Assembly (NCBI RefSeq): GCF_004010195.1
Contig: NC_057719.1
Coordinates: 7,026,964 to 7,046,963, forward strand
Source of the DNA: Chiloscyllium plagiosum
Taxonomy: Eukaryota
Reading direction: 5' to 3'
Length of the DNA: 20,000 nucleotides
The notes under the pieces: generated by a model
The model's input: the letters and a program-made list of their open reading frames with translations, nothing else
Database searches by the model: none
Told to the model about the DNA's origin: nothing
Position numbers and translations under genes: made by a program
Part shown: in pieces, positions 11,242 to 20,000 of the stretch
Layout of the letters: each line of letters begins with the position of its first letter
How positions within the stretch are numbered: position 1 is the first letter of the stretch

Positions 11242-11351
11242 AAGCGGGACCAGGTGAGCCCCGGGCTCGACCCTCACGCAGCCATGTTCCTCCTCCGCAA
11301 GCGGGACCAGGTGAGCCCTGGGCTCGACCCTCATGCAACCATGCTCCTCCG
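11242..11351. repeat. Two tandem copies of a 57-nt unit, each with a GAGCCC-N-GGGCTC palindrome
   Basis: aagcgggaccaggtgagccc(c/t)gggctcgaccctca(c/t)gca(g/a)ccatg(t/c)tcctcc starts at 11242 and again at 11299. Confidence 0.95.
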
Positions 11352-12769
11352 TCGCCATCTTGAATCAGTTAAGTAAATGGTGTACCAAAGTGATTTATAT
11401 CTTCACTGTAATAACAAGGTTAAAATTATTGCTTTAATTATTGTTTCAATCTGTTGCTTATTAGCATGCAGGCAGGCATCCTGGGTGGTACAGTGTGTCA
11501 TCATTTAAATGAGCTCAGTTATGCAAAAGGGAGAATTTAATCCTTACTAATGGTATTTGTTTTCTCGTACCCACTTTCACTACATTTGATTGCATTATGA
11601 TGAGCCTTGCACTCCAGTGTTATCACCGCTTTGATTTATCATACTCCTGCGAGTATGCTGGATTAAAAGGTGTACTTAAATCAGTAAATGTTAACTTTGT
11701 ACGCTTCTCATTGGACCATTTGTATACTGTTACAGCTGATATCATGATAGAGTTCAGTGCGCATCAAAATATTGTTTCCAGTCATTACTAGAGACAGACC
11801 GTCTTTAATTATACTATTTTTCTTAAGTGCATTTTTTAAACAAGCCTATGTTTGCTCAACCTAATGACAAGTGTAGTCTTTTGTTGGAATAATGAAGCCT
11901 TGTGAACTAATAATAGTGAGGTTATTCTTGCATTGTGTCCAAGTCTCATGCCAGTGGAGTTGTCTTTTCCTAGAAAGTTGATGGTGTCCTTGTGACAAAG
12001 ACAAGTTTATGTCATTAATATTGCAAAATAAATAAGGAACAGAGGACTGCATGCAACAGAAGCCTAAATACTGCAATTCTTTCAAACATAGTTGATAACA
12101 TAAAATAATGGAATAATCCTTAAAACCTAATCCTAGACTTTATATGAATGTTCTAATTTTTGAAATAGATTTTTGCTTATCTTTGCCCATGTTATGGTTT
12201 TGGGCATTGATTTTTTTTTTCACCTTCTCAGACAAAATTTAACAGTTAGGTGTTTTGAAGTCTTGTATTTTAAAGTGAAGTGAAATCATGCAAAGTTGGT
12301 TTTTGAAAAGAAAGCTTTAGGCATTAGGCATGTGCATTGAAGCTAGAGAAGCAGTTTGCGAAATGTCACAAACAAAGCTACTTTGAATGCAAACCACAGA
12401 ATTAAATGTTGTATCCAGTGCCCGTTAAGCCAGAATGGCCCCTAACCATTTCAGGATATGGCTTCATCAGTCCCACATGACACTGCAAAGAGGAAAATGG
12501 TGGGTTTTTTTATTGACAGGTCCATCATTAAATCATTGAGTAAAGAAGCAGCTAGAGGCGATAGCTTTTGCTGGATGACTCTGAAAAGTGCCTTCTGTTA
12601 TGCAGCTGCCTCTTAAAAGCATTTTTAAAGTGAGAAAATTTGACATTGTTATAACTAGAATTTTTAGAAATGGTAAACTGTATTTGTAGTGACAGCATGG
12701 TTGCTGTAGTAGCTTTTTTTCAGTGCTGTAGACCAGTTAAATTGTCCTTGTTAGTAATAAACACCAAAA

Positions 12770-12920
12770 AAAAAAATGAGAAGCTGGAATCTGAAACAAT
12801 AAAATGCAGCAGGTCAGGCACCATTTGTGAAGCACTGTGTATATTGAGGAGTGGACCCTGATGGAGGTTCACTTCTGATATATTAACTATTCGCAACTCT
12901 GTGCTGATGAGCGTTGACCA
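12770..12920. mobile_element. Very decayed PLE-terminus-like repeat
   Basis: gaagctggaatctgaaacaa…gcagcaggtcaggcaccat matches the gcagcaggtcaggcagcat motif of the other PLE termini. Confidence 0.4.
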
Positions 12921-13293
12921 GTCTGTCTGGACCTTTATTCTCTCATACTTGATGATACTAACCTAGTTTTGTCTTTATATTTAAAAACTTTTTCTAGAAG
13001 CCTGCCCAATAACTACAATAATGGAATTTAAAGCATTATCACGTTTAAAAATTAATGAGCTACAATAAAATATTCAGTAAATTCCTGTTTTAAGTTGCCT
13101 AATTTAAAGTTGTTCCACTTCAATGTTAATCATTTAACAGGGTCAATATAAATGGGACATGCATCACATTTAGCATCGCAGGTTGTGTGTATGATTTGTC
13201 ATCAGATCTGAATTAGGATGAAGTGATCCAGTCAGCATAATTTTGGATCAACCTTTGTTGATCCCTAAGCCTCTGCCTCATACATGCATTAAA

Positions 13294-14974
13294 ACATAGA
13301 AAATAGGAACAGGAGGAGGCCATTTGGCCCATTGTACTTGGCTCTGCCATTCAGTATGGTTGATCCCCTCTCTCACACCGTACTCCCGTCCTCTCCTCAT
13401 ACCCCTTAACAACTTTAGCTTTAGACATCTCTCTCAAATATAATTAGTAACTTTTGTATCCATAGCTGCTGTGATAGAGATTTCCACAGGGCCAGTACCC
13501 TGAATGAAGAAATATTTCCTCAGGTTGTTTTTCAGACTGGAGGCCTGTGACCAGTGGAGTGCCACAAGGATCAGTGCTGGGTCCACCATCATTCGTTATT
13601 TATATAAATGATTTGGATATGAGCATAAGAGATATAGTTAGTAAGTTTACAGATGGCATCAAATTGGACAGTGAAGAAGGCTACCTCCGATTATAAAAGG
13701 ATCTTCATTAGATGGGCCAGTGGGCTGAGAAGTTGGAGTTTAATTCAGATAACTGTGAAGTGCTGCATTTTGGTAAAGCAAATCTTAGCAGGACTTGTAA
13801 ACCTTTTCTGAACCATTAAGTGTATAAGATGTTGCCAGGATTGGAGGATTTGAGTTGGGTGAGACTGAATAGGCTGGGGCTGTTTTCCCTGGAGTGTCGA
13901 AGGCTGAGGGTTCACCTTATAGAGGTTTATAAAATTGAAGGGCATAGATAGGATAAATAGACAAAGTCTTTTCCCTGAGGTCGGGGAGTCCAGAACTGGA
14001 GGGTGAGATTTAGGGTGAGAGGGGAAAGATAAAGACCTAAGGGGCAACTTTATCATGCAGATGGCGGTATGTGTATGTTCCAAACCCCAAATCAGGGGAA
14101 ACATTATCCCTCTCTAGTCCTGTTACAATTTTACATATTTAAATGAGCCCCCCGCCCCCTTCCGTGATAAACCCCAGTAAATATAGGCCCAATCAATTCA
14201 ATCTCTCCTCATTGGACAAATCAGCAACCCCAGGAATTAATGTGGTGAGCTTTCATTGCATTTCTTTTCTTGGACAAGGAGACCAAAACTGGAACACACT
14301 GCTCTAGGTGTGGTCTAACCAAGGCTTTTTATAGCTGCACTAGACCATTTAGCTCCTGTCCTCAAACTGTTGAACTAAAGTCCAACATACCATTTGTCAC
14401 CTTAACTGCTTGCTGCATCTGCATGCTTGCTTTTAATGACTTTGTGTAAGGACACCGTGGTCCCTTTATTGTCACTTTAGTAATATTCTGTCGTTCTCCC
14501 AAAGTGGTCAGCTACACATTTACCCACACCATACTGCATCTGCGATGCATTTGTCATTCAACTTTTCTAAATCACTTTTACATTCTTCTCTCCACTTAAT
14601 ATCCCACTTAGTTTTACATTGCCAGCAAAATTGGAAATGTTACAATTGATTCCATTATACAAATCATTGATATGTGTTATGTCAAACTGGGAGTCAAGTT
14701 TTCATTGCTGATAGCTACTGGTTGGAACCCAAGAATCACACTCATCCACTCTGATAAACAGCTAATAAACAGCACATATGCTTTGCTTTTGAACACTAAC
14801 CTCTTGCATGGGACTTTATCAAATACTTTCTGAAAATCCAAAGATGCACAGGTTCTCCCTCATCTATTCTACTAGTACATCAATAGAAAGTTCAGTTGTA
14901 AAACGTGATTTCCCTTTCATAGCTCCATACTGACTTTGTTTAATCCTGTTAATGTTTTCCACGTGAACAGTTAT
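13294..14974 (-). mobile_element. Old antisense CR1 LINE (second family), interrupted by a younger CR1 and ending at a PLE
   Basis: 3' end catagaaaataggaacaggaggaggccatttggccc. Antisense RT motifs gaccaaaactgg…ctaggtgtggtctaaccaagg, gccagcaaaattgg and ggactttatcaaatactttctgaaaatcc (DFQKxFDKVP). Confidence 0.8.
13522..14077 (+). mobile_element. Internally deleted and rearranged CR1 RT fragment, same family as 7424-10077
   Basis: Near-identity to 9060-9878 (ggaggcctgtgaccagtggagtgccacaaggatc…). Lacks the 3' tail and carries a deletion plus a micro-inversion. Confidence 0.92.
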
Positions 14975-15380
14975 CTGTTCGCCGAGCTGGAAGTTTTTGT
15001 TGCAAACGTTTCGTCCCCTGTCTAGGTGACATCCTCAGTGCTTGGGAGCCTCCTGTCGTCTACGTATGTGGCTACTTGGGATAGCTGGTCGTGTCGTTTC
15101 GTGGCGAGTTGGTGTTCATGTATGCGGATTGTTAGCTGTCTTCCTGTTTGTCCTATATAGTGTTTTGTGCAGACCTTGCATTGGATTTTGTACACTACAT
15201 TAGTTTTGCTCATGCTGGGTATCGGGTCCTTCGTTCTGGTGAGTTGTTGTCTGAGTGTGGCTGTTGGTTTGTGTGCTGTTATAAGTCCTAGTGGTCGCAG
15301 TAGTCTGGCTGTCAGTTCAGAGATGATCTTGATGTATGGTAGTGTGGCTAGTCCTTTGGGTTGCGGCATGTCCTCGTTCC
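14975..15380 (-). mobile_element. Penelope-like element fragment: partial GIY-YIG endonuclease joined to the terminal repeat
   Basis: ORF 15022-15483 contains TLPYIK…LLRPLG…KP…KDP…NVVYKIQCKVCTKHYIGQTGRQLTIRIHEH (GIY-YIG with CxxC, PLE-type). The domain breaks off near 15056, where it meets the terminal sequence. Confidence 0.93.
15002..15041 (-). ncRNA. Minimal type I hammerhead ribozyme, core intact
   Basis: Minus strand reads GCA-CTGAGGA-T-GTCACCT-agac-AGGGGAC-GAAAC-GTT^TGC. Stem I is GCA/TGC, stem II pairs 6 of 7, and AAACGTTT is palindromic. Confidence 0.8.
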
Positions 15381-15893
15381 AACATGCGAGGGTGTTGGTC
15401 CTAACCATGCTTTGATACAGCTTGTATAAATCCCATCTTCCCCAGAATTGGTCCCAGTGTCTATTTAAATCCATCCCTCCCACATCATCTCTCTAGTCAT
15501 ACATTCAATCAATCTGTTCTCCTATTTCTGATCTTGAGAGTTCATGGCACATAGAAATGTAGAAATCTGGAGCAGGTGTAGACCATTTGGTCTTTACGTT
15601 TGTTCTGCCATTCAGTTTGATCATGGCTAATTATCCCATTTAGTATCCAGTTCTTGTTTTCTCCCTTTAATCCTTTTGTTCCTAAAATCTACGTCTAACT
15701 CCTATTTGAAAACAATCATGTTTGACCTCAATTACTTTGTGGCAGAAAATTCTACATTTACATTCTGGGTGAAGAAATTTCTCCTCATTGCAGTCCTCAA
15801 TATTCTAAGGTATCCTTAGACAGTGAACCCTATTATTGGATTTCCCCTGCCATTGGGAAAATCCTACCTGTTTTTCTGCTGTCTAGTCCTGTT

Positions 15894-17314
15894 GAGGGAG
15901 ATACTAAATGAGTATTTTGCATAAGCATTTACTGTGGAAAAGGATATGGAAGGTATAGACAGTAGGGAAATAGATGGTGACATCTTGCATCCATATTACA
16001 GAGGAGGAAGTGCTGGATGTCTTGAAATGGGTAAAGGTGGATAAATCCCCAGGACCTAATCAGGTGTACCATGGAAATCTCTGGGAAGCTAGAGAAGTGA
16101 TTGCTTGGCTTCTTGCTGAGATATTTGTATCATCGATAGTCACAGGTGAGGTGCTGGAAGATTGCAGATTGGCTAACGTGGTGCCACTGTTTAAGAAGGG
16201 TGGTAAGGACAAGCCAGGGAACTATAGACCNNNNNNNNNNNNNNNNNNNNNNNNNNNNNNNNNNNNNNNNNNNNNNNNNNNNNNNNNNNNNNNNNNNNNN
16301 NNNNNNNNNNNNNNNNNNNNNNNNNNNNNNNNNNNNNNNNNNNNNNNNNNNNNNNNNNNNNNNNNNNNNNNNNNNNNNNNNNNNNNNNNNNNNNNNNNNN
16401 NNNNNNNNNNNNNNNNNNNNNNNNNNNNNNNNNNNNNNNNNNNNNNNNNNNNNNNNNNAGGTACAGTTAGTAAGTTTGCAGATAACACCAAAATTGGAGG
16501 TGTAGTGGACAACGAAGAGGGTTACCTTCCATTACAACAGGATCTTGACCAGATGGGCCAATGGGCTGAGAAGTGGCAGATGGAGTTTAATTCCAATAAA
16601 GGCAAGGTGGCGCATTTTGGGAAAGCAAATCTTAGCAGGATTTACACACTTAATGGTAAGGTCCAAGGGAGTGTTGCTGAACAAAGAGACCTTGGAGTGC
16701 AGGTTCATAGCTCCTTGAAAGCGGAGTTGCAGGTAGATAGGATATTGGTCAGAGTGTTGAGTAGAGGAGTCGGGAGGTCATGTTGCGGATGTATAGGACA
16801 TTGGTACGACCACTGTTGGAATATTGCGTGCAATTCTGGTCCCTTTCCTATCGGAAAGATGTTATGAAATTTGACAGGGCTCAGAAAAGAGTTATAAGGA
16901 TGTTGCCAGGGTTGGAGGATTTGAACTATAGGGAGAGGCTGAACAGGCTGGGGTTGTTTTCCCTGGAGCGTCTGAGGCTGAGGGGTGAGCTTATAGAGGT
17001 TTACAAAATTATGAGGGGCATGGATAGGATAAATAGACACAGTATTTTCCCTGGGGTCGGGAAGTTCAGAACTAGAGGGCATAAGTTTAGGGTGAGATGG
17101 GAAAGATATAAAAGAGACCTATAGGGCAACGTTTTCACACAGTGTGGTACATGTATGGAATGAGCTGCCAGAGGAAATGGTGGAGGCTGGTACAATTGCA
17201 ATATTTGAGACATTTGGATAGGTATATGAATAGGAAGGGTTTGGAGGGATATGGGCCGGCTGCTAGCAGGTGGGACGAGATTGGGTTGGGATATCTGGTC
17301 GGCATGGACTCTAT
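15894..17314 (+). mobile_element. 5'-truncated CR1 LINE ORF2 (RT) with assembly gap
   Basis: KSPGP…ANVVPLFKKGGKDKPGNYR, SKFADNTKIGG, WAEKWQMEFN, YRTLVRPLLEYCVQFWS. Shortened tail ggcatggactcta. Candidate TSD TGTT at 15890-15893 and 17315-17318. Confidence 0.96.
16231..16458. other. Assembly gap (228 N)
   Basis: Run of N inside the CR1 copy. Confidence 1.
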
Positions 17315-17835
17315 TGTTAGAATTTTATGGGTTTGTATGAGATCCCCATTCATTCTTCTAAACTCCAGTGAAATGAGTTCTAACTGATCTAGTCCGTCTT
17401 CACATCTCCGTTCCGCCATCCCAGGAATCGGTCTAGTTACCTTTTTGTTGCACTCTTCTTAGAGCCAGGATATTGTTTCTCAAATAAAAAAATGAAAACT
17501 GCATGCAATACTTCAGAATTAGTCTCACAAGGTCCTGTATTATTGCAGTAAGATGTTCCTATACCTGTATTTGAATCCTTTCATGTAAAGACCATCAAAT
17601 CATTTTCTACCTTGCTGTACCTGCATGCTTCAGTGGCCGGTGTACAAGGAAACACGAGTCTTGTTACACCCTCATCTTTCCCAATCTATCGCCATCGAAC
17701 AATCTGCCTAGTTACTATTTTTATCGTTATTGGGCGCTGGGAAACGTGAGATCTTAATTCTTCAGCTCCTTACATTCTATCTGTCGGATCTCCTCCCTTT
17801 TACAACTATATCAATGGGAGTGATGTGGATCATGA

Positions 17836-17920
17836 TCTCCCTCTCCCCTCCTCGCTCCCCCGCTCCCCCCTCCTCGCTCCCCCGCTCTTTCTCTCTTCCT
17901 TTCTCCTCCCCCCCGCCCAC
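17836..17920. repeat. C-rich low-complexity tract with duplicated ccctcctcgctcccccgctc
   Basis: Directly visible. G-runs lie on the minus strand. Confidence 0.8.
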
Positions 17921-18257
17921 TTTTGCAGCAATTCATTTTTTTTCTTTATCCTTGATACTTGATGAATAGCAGCATAAAGGTAGTTTGATTTATGGGGTAA
18001 ATGTTTTAATATTTTTCCTTGATGGAAAAGGTGCTGCAGAACCTAAGTAAATCTTTTACATTGGTTGTATTGGGGAAAATCTGATTTGCCTAAAATTGAT
18101 TCACTTAAAAGTTTCCCTTTTTTTAGGGATACCACAGATATCTTAAGTGAAAACTCGCTGTATTACTGCTTAAAACTAAAGTGCAAAGTACTTATTTTAA
18201 AGATTTAAACCAAGAGGAGCAAGACTTTCAAGACCTCGGGTGTCTCTATTGTATAGG

Positions 18258-18430
18258 TATGTTATCAGAAAACCTAGCAGCCAATTTGTCCACAGCAAGC
18301 TCTCTGAAATGCACTACAGCTAGTAACAATGATGTGCAAAGTATCTCTTTGTGGGTGTTGATTGAGGGATAACTATTGACCAGACAGCAAGGGAAAATTC
18401 CATTACTTAGAAAATAGTGCCCAATGGATA
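18258..18430 (-). mobile_element. DeuSINE (SacSINE1-like) remnant, 3' or central part
   Basis: gcagccaatttgtccacagcaagctc…tgttgattgagggataactattgaccagaca…aaatagtgcc resembles the antisense DeuSINE body as recalled. Confidence 0.6.
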
Positions 18431-18507
18431 TAATATTTAGATTTTCACAAGGCATTTTAAAATACCATATATTAAGCTACTTAGTAAAAGGCATTGGAGA
18501 TAGTATA

Positions 18508-19032
18508 CAGTCGATTCCGTTATAATGTGTGATTCTTCAACATGAATTGGCTTTAATGCGATTGAAGAATTTGGACTTGTTTGTAGAATGCGAACTTTCT
18601 TGATCTGGATTGGCTATAACGTGATTCCAGCCATGCGCGGAACGGTGACTCAGTGGTTAGCACTACTGTCTCTCAGCACCAGGGACTGGTTCGATTCCAG
18701 CCTTGAGCGACTGTCTGGAGTTTGCACATTCTCCCCGTGTCTGCGTGGGTTTCCTCTGGGTGCTCCGGTGTCTGCCCACTGTCCAAAGATGTGCAGCTCC
18801 GGTGAATTGGCCATGCTAAATTGTCTATAGTGTTGGCTGCGTTAGTCAGAGGGAAATAGGTCTGGGTGGGTGATTCTTTGGAGGGTCGGTGTGGACTTGG
18901 GCTGAAGGACCTGTTTCCACATCGTAGGGAATCTAATCTCATCTGTTTAAATGGCACTGCTATTGTGCGATTTTCTTACAATGCAAGTTCACACAAGAAT
19001 GAAACTATCGCGTTATATCAGCCGATTGACTT
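18508..19032. mobile_element. Tc1/mariner (Tigger-like) MITE split by a SINE
   Basis: Left end TA-CAGTCGATTCCGTTATAATG. Right end CGCGTTATATCAGCCGATTGACT is an imperfect inverted repeat of it. No coding capacity. Confidence 0.6.
18635..18944 (+). mobile_element. Near full-length tRNA-derived V-SINE (HE1-like)
   Basis: Pol III box A tgactcagtgg (18646-18656) and box B ggttcgattcc (18688-18698). V-domain ggagtttgcacattctccccgtgtctgcgtgggtttcc. CR1-like tail gggctgaaggacctgtttcc with an (aatct)n end. Confidence 0.93.
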
Positions 19033-19039
19033 TCTATTA

Positions 19040-19581
19040 GAAGGGAGTTGTTGGGATAATGGATAAATTTTCAGAATGACAACTTGCAACTCGTGGTGTG
19101 CTACAGGGATCAGTGTTGGGGCCACAATTAACTACAATGACTTAGGTTTATAGACAGGTTAAGCAGGTCGGCAAAAACTTGGCAGATAGCATTGCTTTTC
19201 CCCAAATTATATACTGTGCACTTTGGCAGGATAAATGGAGGAGCTGAATATTATTGAAATGGAGAAAGACTGCAAAAAGGTACAGAATAAAGGGGTTCGG
19301 GAGTCCTTGAGGCATAAATCTAAAAACGCTAGCATTCAAATTCAGGGGTTAAAGGGAAAGCAAATGCAATTTTGGCCTATATAGTAGGTTCTTCTACAAC
19401 TCTATGTCCTGCATTAAAGAAAAGTCTAGCTTTAGAAACGTTTAAAGTATTGGCCAACACGTTTCAAACGTTTGCACTTTAGAAACAGCGACCCCAATTT
19501 GTTAATTACATGACAAATTGCAAGAAACACACGTTTTAACAAAATGATCTGTATTTCAAAGGAATGGAGTATAAAAATTGG
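19040..19581 (+). mobile_element. Old, deleted CR1 RT fragment
   Basis: ggtgtgctacagggatcagtgttggggcc (GVxQGSVLGP), tggcagat, aaagcaaatgcaattttggcc, resuming as atttcaaaggaatggagtataaaa after an insert. Confidence 0.7.
19382..19551. mobile_element. Probable short TA-flanked MITE inside the CR1 fragment
   Basis: Interrupts the CR1 at a TA. Weakly inverted ends ta-tagtaggttcttctacaac and gttttaacaaaatgatctg-ta. Confidence 0.4.
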
Positions 19582-20000
19582 GAGCTGAAAATGTGTTGCT
19601 GGAAAAGCGCAGCAGGTCAGGCAGCATCCAGGGAACAGGAGAATCGGCGTTTCGGGCATAAGCCCTTCTTCAGGAATGAGGAAAGTGTGTCCAGCAGGCT
19701 AAGATAAAAGGTAGGGAGGAGGGACTTGGGGGAGGGGCGTCGGAAATGCGATAGGTGGAAAGAGGTCAAGGTGAGGGTGATAGGTCAGACTGGGGTGGGG
19801 GCAGAGAGGTCAGGAAGAAGATTGCAGGTTAGGAAGGCAGTGCTGGGTTTGATGTATTTGACTGGGTGGAGGGGAAATGAGTAAACTGTTGAAATCTGAG
19901 TTCATCCCTTGTGGTTGGAGGGTTCCTAGGCAGAAGATGAGGCGCTCTTCCTCCAACCGTCGTGTTGTTGTGGTCTGGCGATGGAGGAGTCCAAAGACCT
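19582..20000 (-). mobile_element. Penelope-like element 3' end: GIY-YIG C-terminus, 3' UTR and pLTR; runs off the window
   Basis: Minus-strand translation from 19998 gives VFGLLHRQTTTTRRLEEERLIFCLGTLQPQGMNSDF, the PLE endonuclease C-terminal E..I..L.T..P.G.N motif. The terminus matches 3659-3785 and 10752-10846. Confidence 0.9.
19642..19677 (-). ncRNA. Minimal hammerhead motif with mutated cleavage triplet
   Basis: Minus strand reads attc-CTGAAGA-A-GGGC-ttat-GCCC-GAAAC-GCC-gatt. The expected GUC triplet is GCC. Confidence 0.6.

Larger units (their letters stand above)
10246..11366 (-). mobile_element. Non-autonomous, ORF-less retroposon-like element (~0.9 kb excluding the nested insert)
   Basis: GC-rich block in an AT-rich context. 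Minus-strand 5' end GATTCAAGATGGCG and 3' end …gtgacaataaatcattca. Imperfect flanking direct repeat gctaagtgaatg (10240-10251) / gttaagtaaatg (11368-11379). Confidence 0.6.
15549..17710 (-). mobile_element. Old antisense CR1 3' portion, split by a younger CR1 (pieces 15549-15893 and 17315-~17710)
   Basis: 3' end acatagaaatgtagaaatctggagcagg, homologous to 13294 onward. The sequence gtctagtcctgtt resumes as tgttagaattttatgg after the insert. Confidence 0.8.

Noticed and set aside
12549..12566. CTCF-like site gcagctagaggcgatagc
   Set aside because: It mismatches the core consensus and cannot be supported without data.
12904..12935. CTGATGAG as a hammerhead core or C box
   Set aside because: No stem II-GAAA follows, and no convincing D box with terminal stem was seen.
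15974..16867. 297-aa ORF as an intact reverse transcriptase
   Set aside because: Continuity is an artefact of the 228-N gap. The homologous stretch in the other copy (8719-9165) is ~447 nt, and the end of the ORF is frameshifted.
18635..18705. tRNA gene
   Set aside because: The A and B boxes belong to a SINE head. There is no complete cloverleaf, and the V-domain follows directly.

Overview
Repeat-dense vertebrate genomic DNA, most likely intronic or intergenic sequence of a cartilaginous fish. That is inferred from an HE1/V-SINE-like SINE, SacSINE1-like DeuSINE remnants and shark-type CR1 and Penelope repeats, all recognised from memory without a database search. No intact gene can be supported, although bases 3-89 may be the end of a host-gene last exon followed by a 3' UTR. 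The protein-like ORFs are broken CR1 LINE ORF2 (APE/RT) pieces and Penelope-like element (PLE) GIY-YIG endonuclease pieces, often nested inside one another. The most interesting unannotated signal is a set of minimal hammerhead-ribozyme motifs (CUGANGA-stem II-GAAAC-GUH) in PLE termini. One is apparently intact (15002-15041, minus strand). Others sit in a TSD-flanked, non-coding fold-back mini-element (10714-10925). That mini-element lies inside a ~1.1 kb ORF-less retroposon-like element that has a YY1-type 5' end and a duplicated 57-nt hairpin unit.
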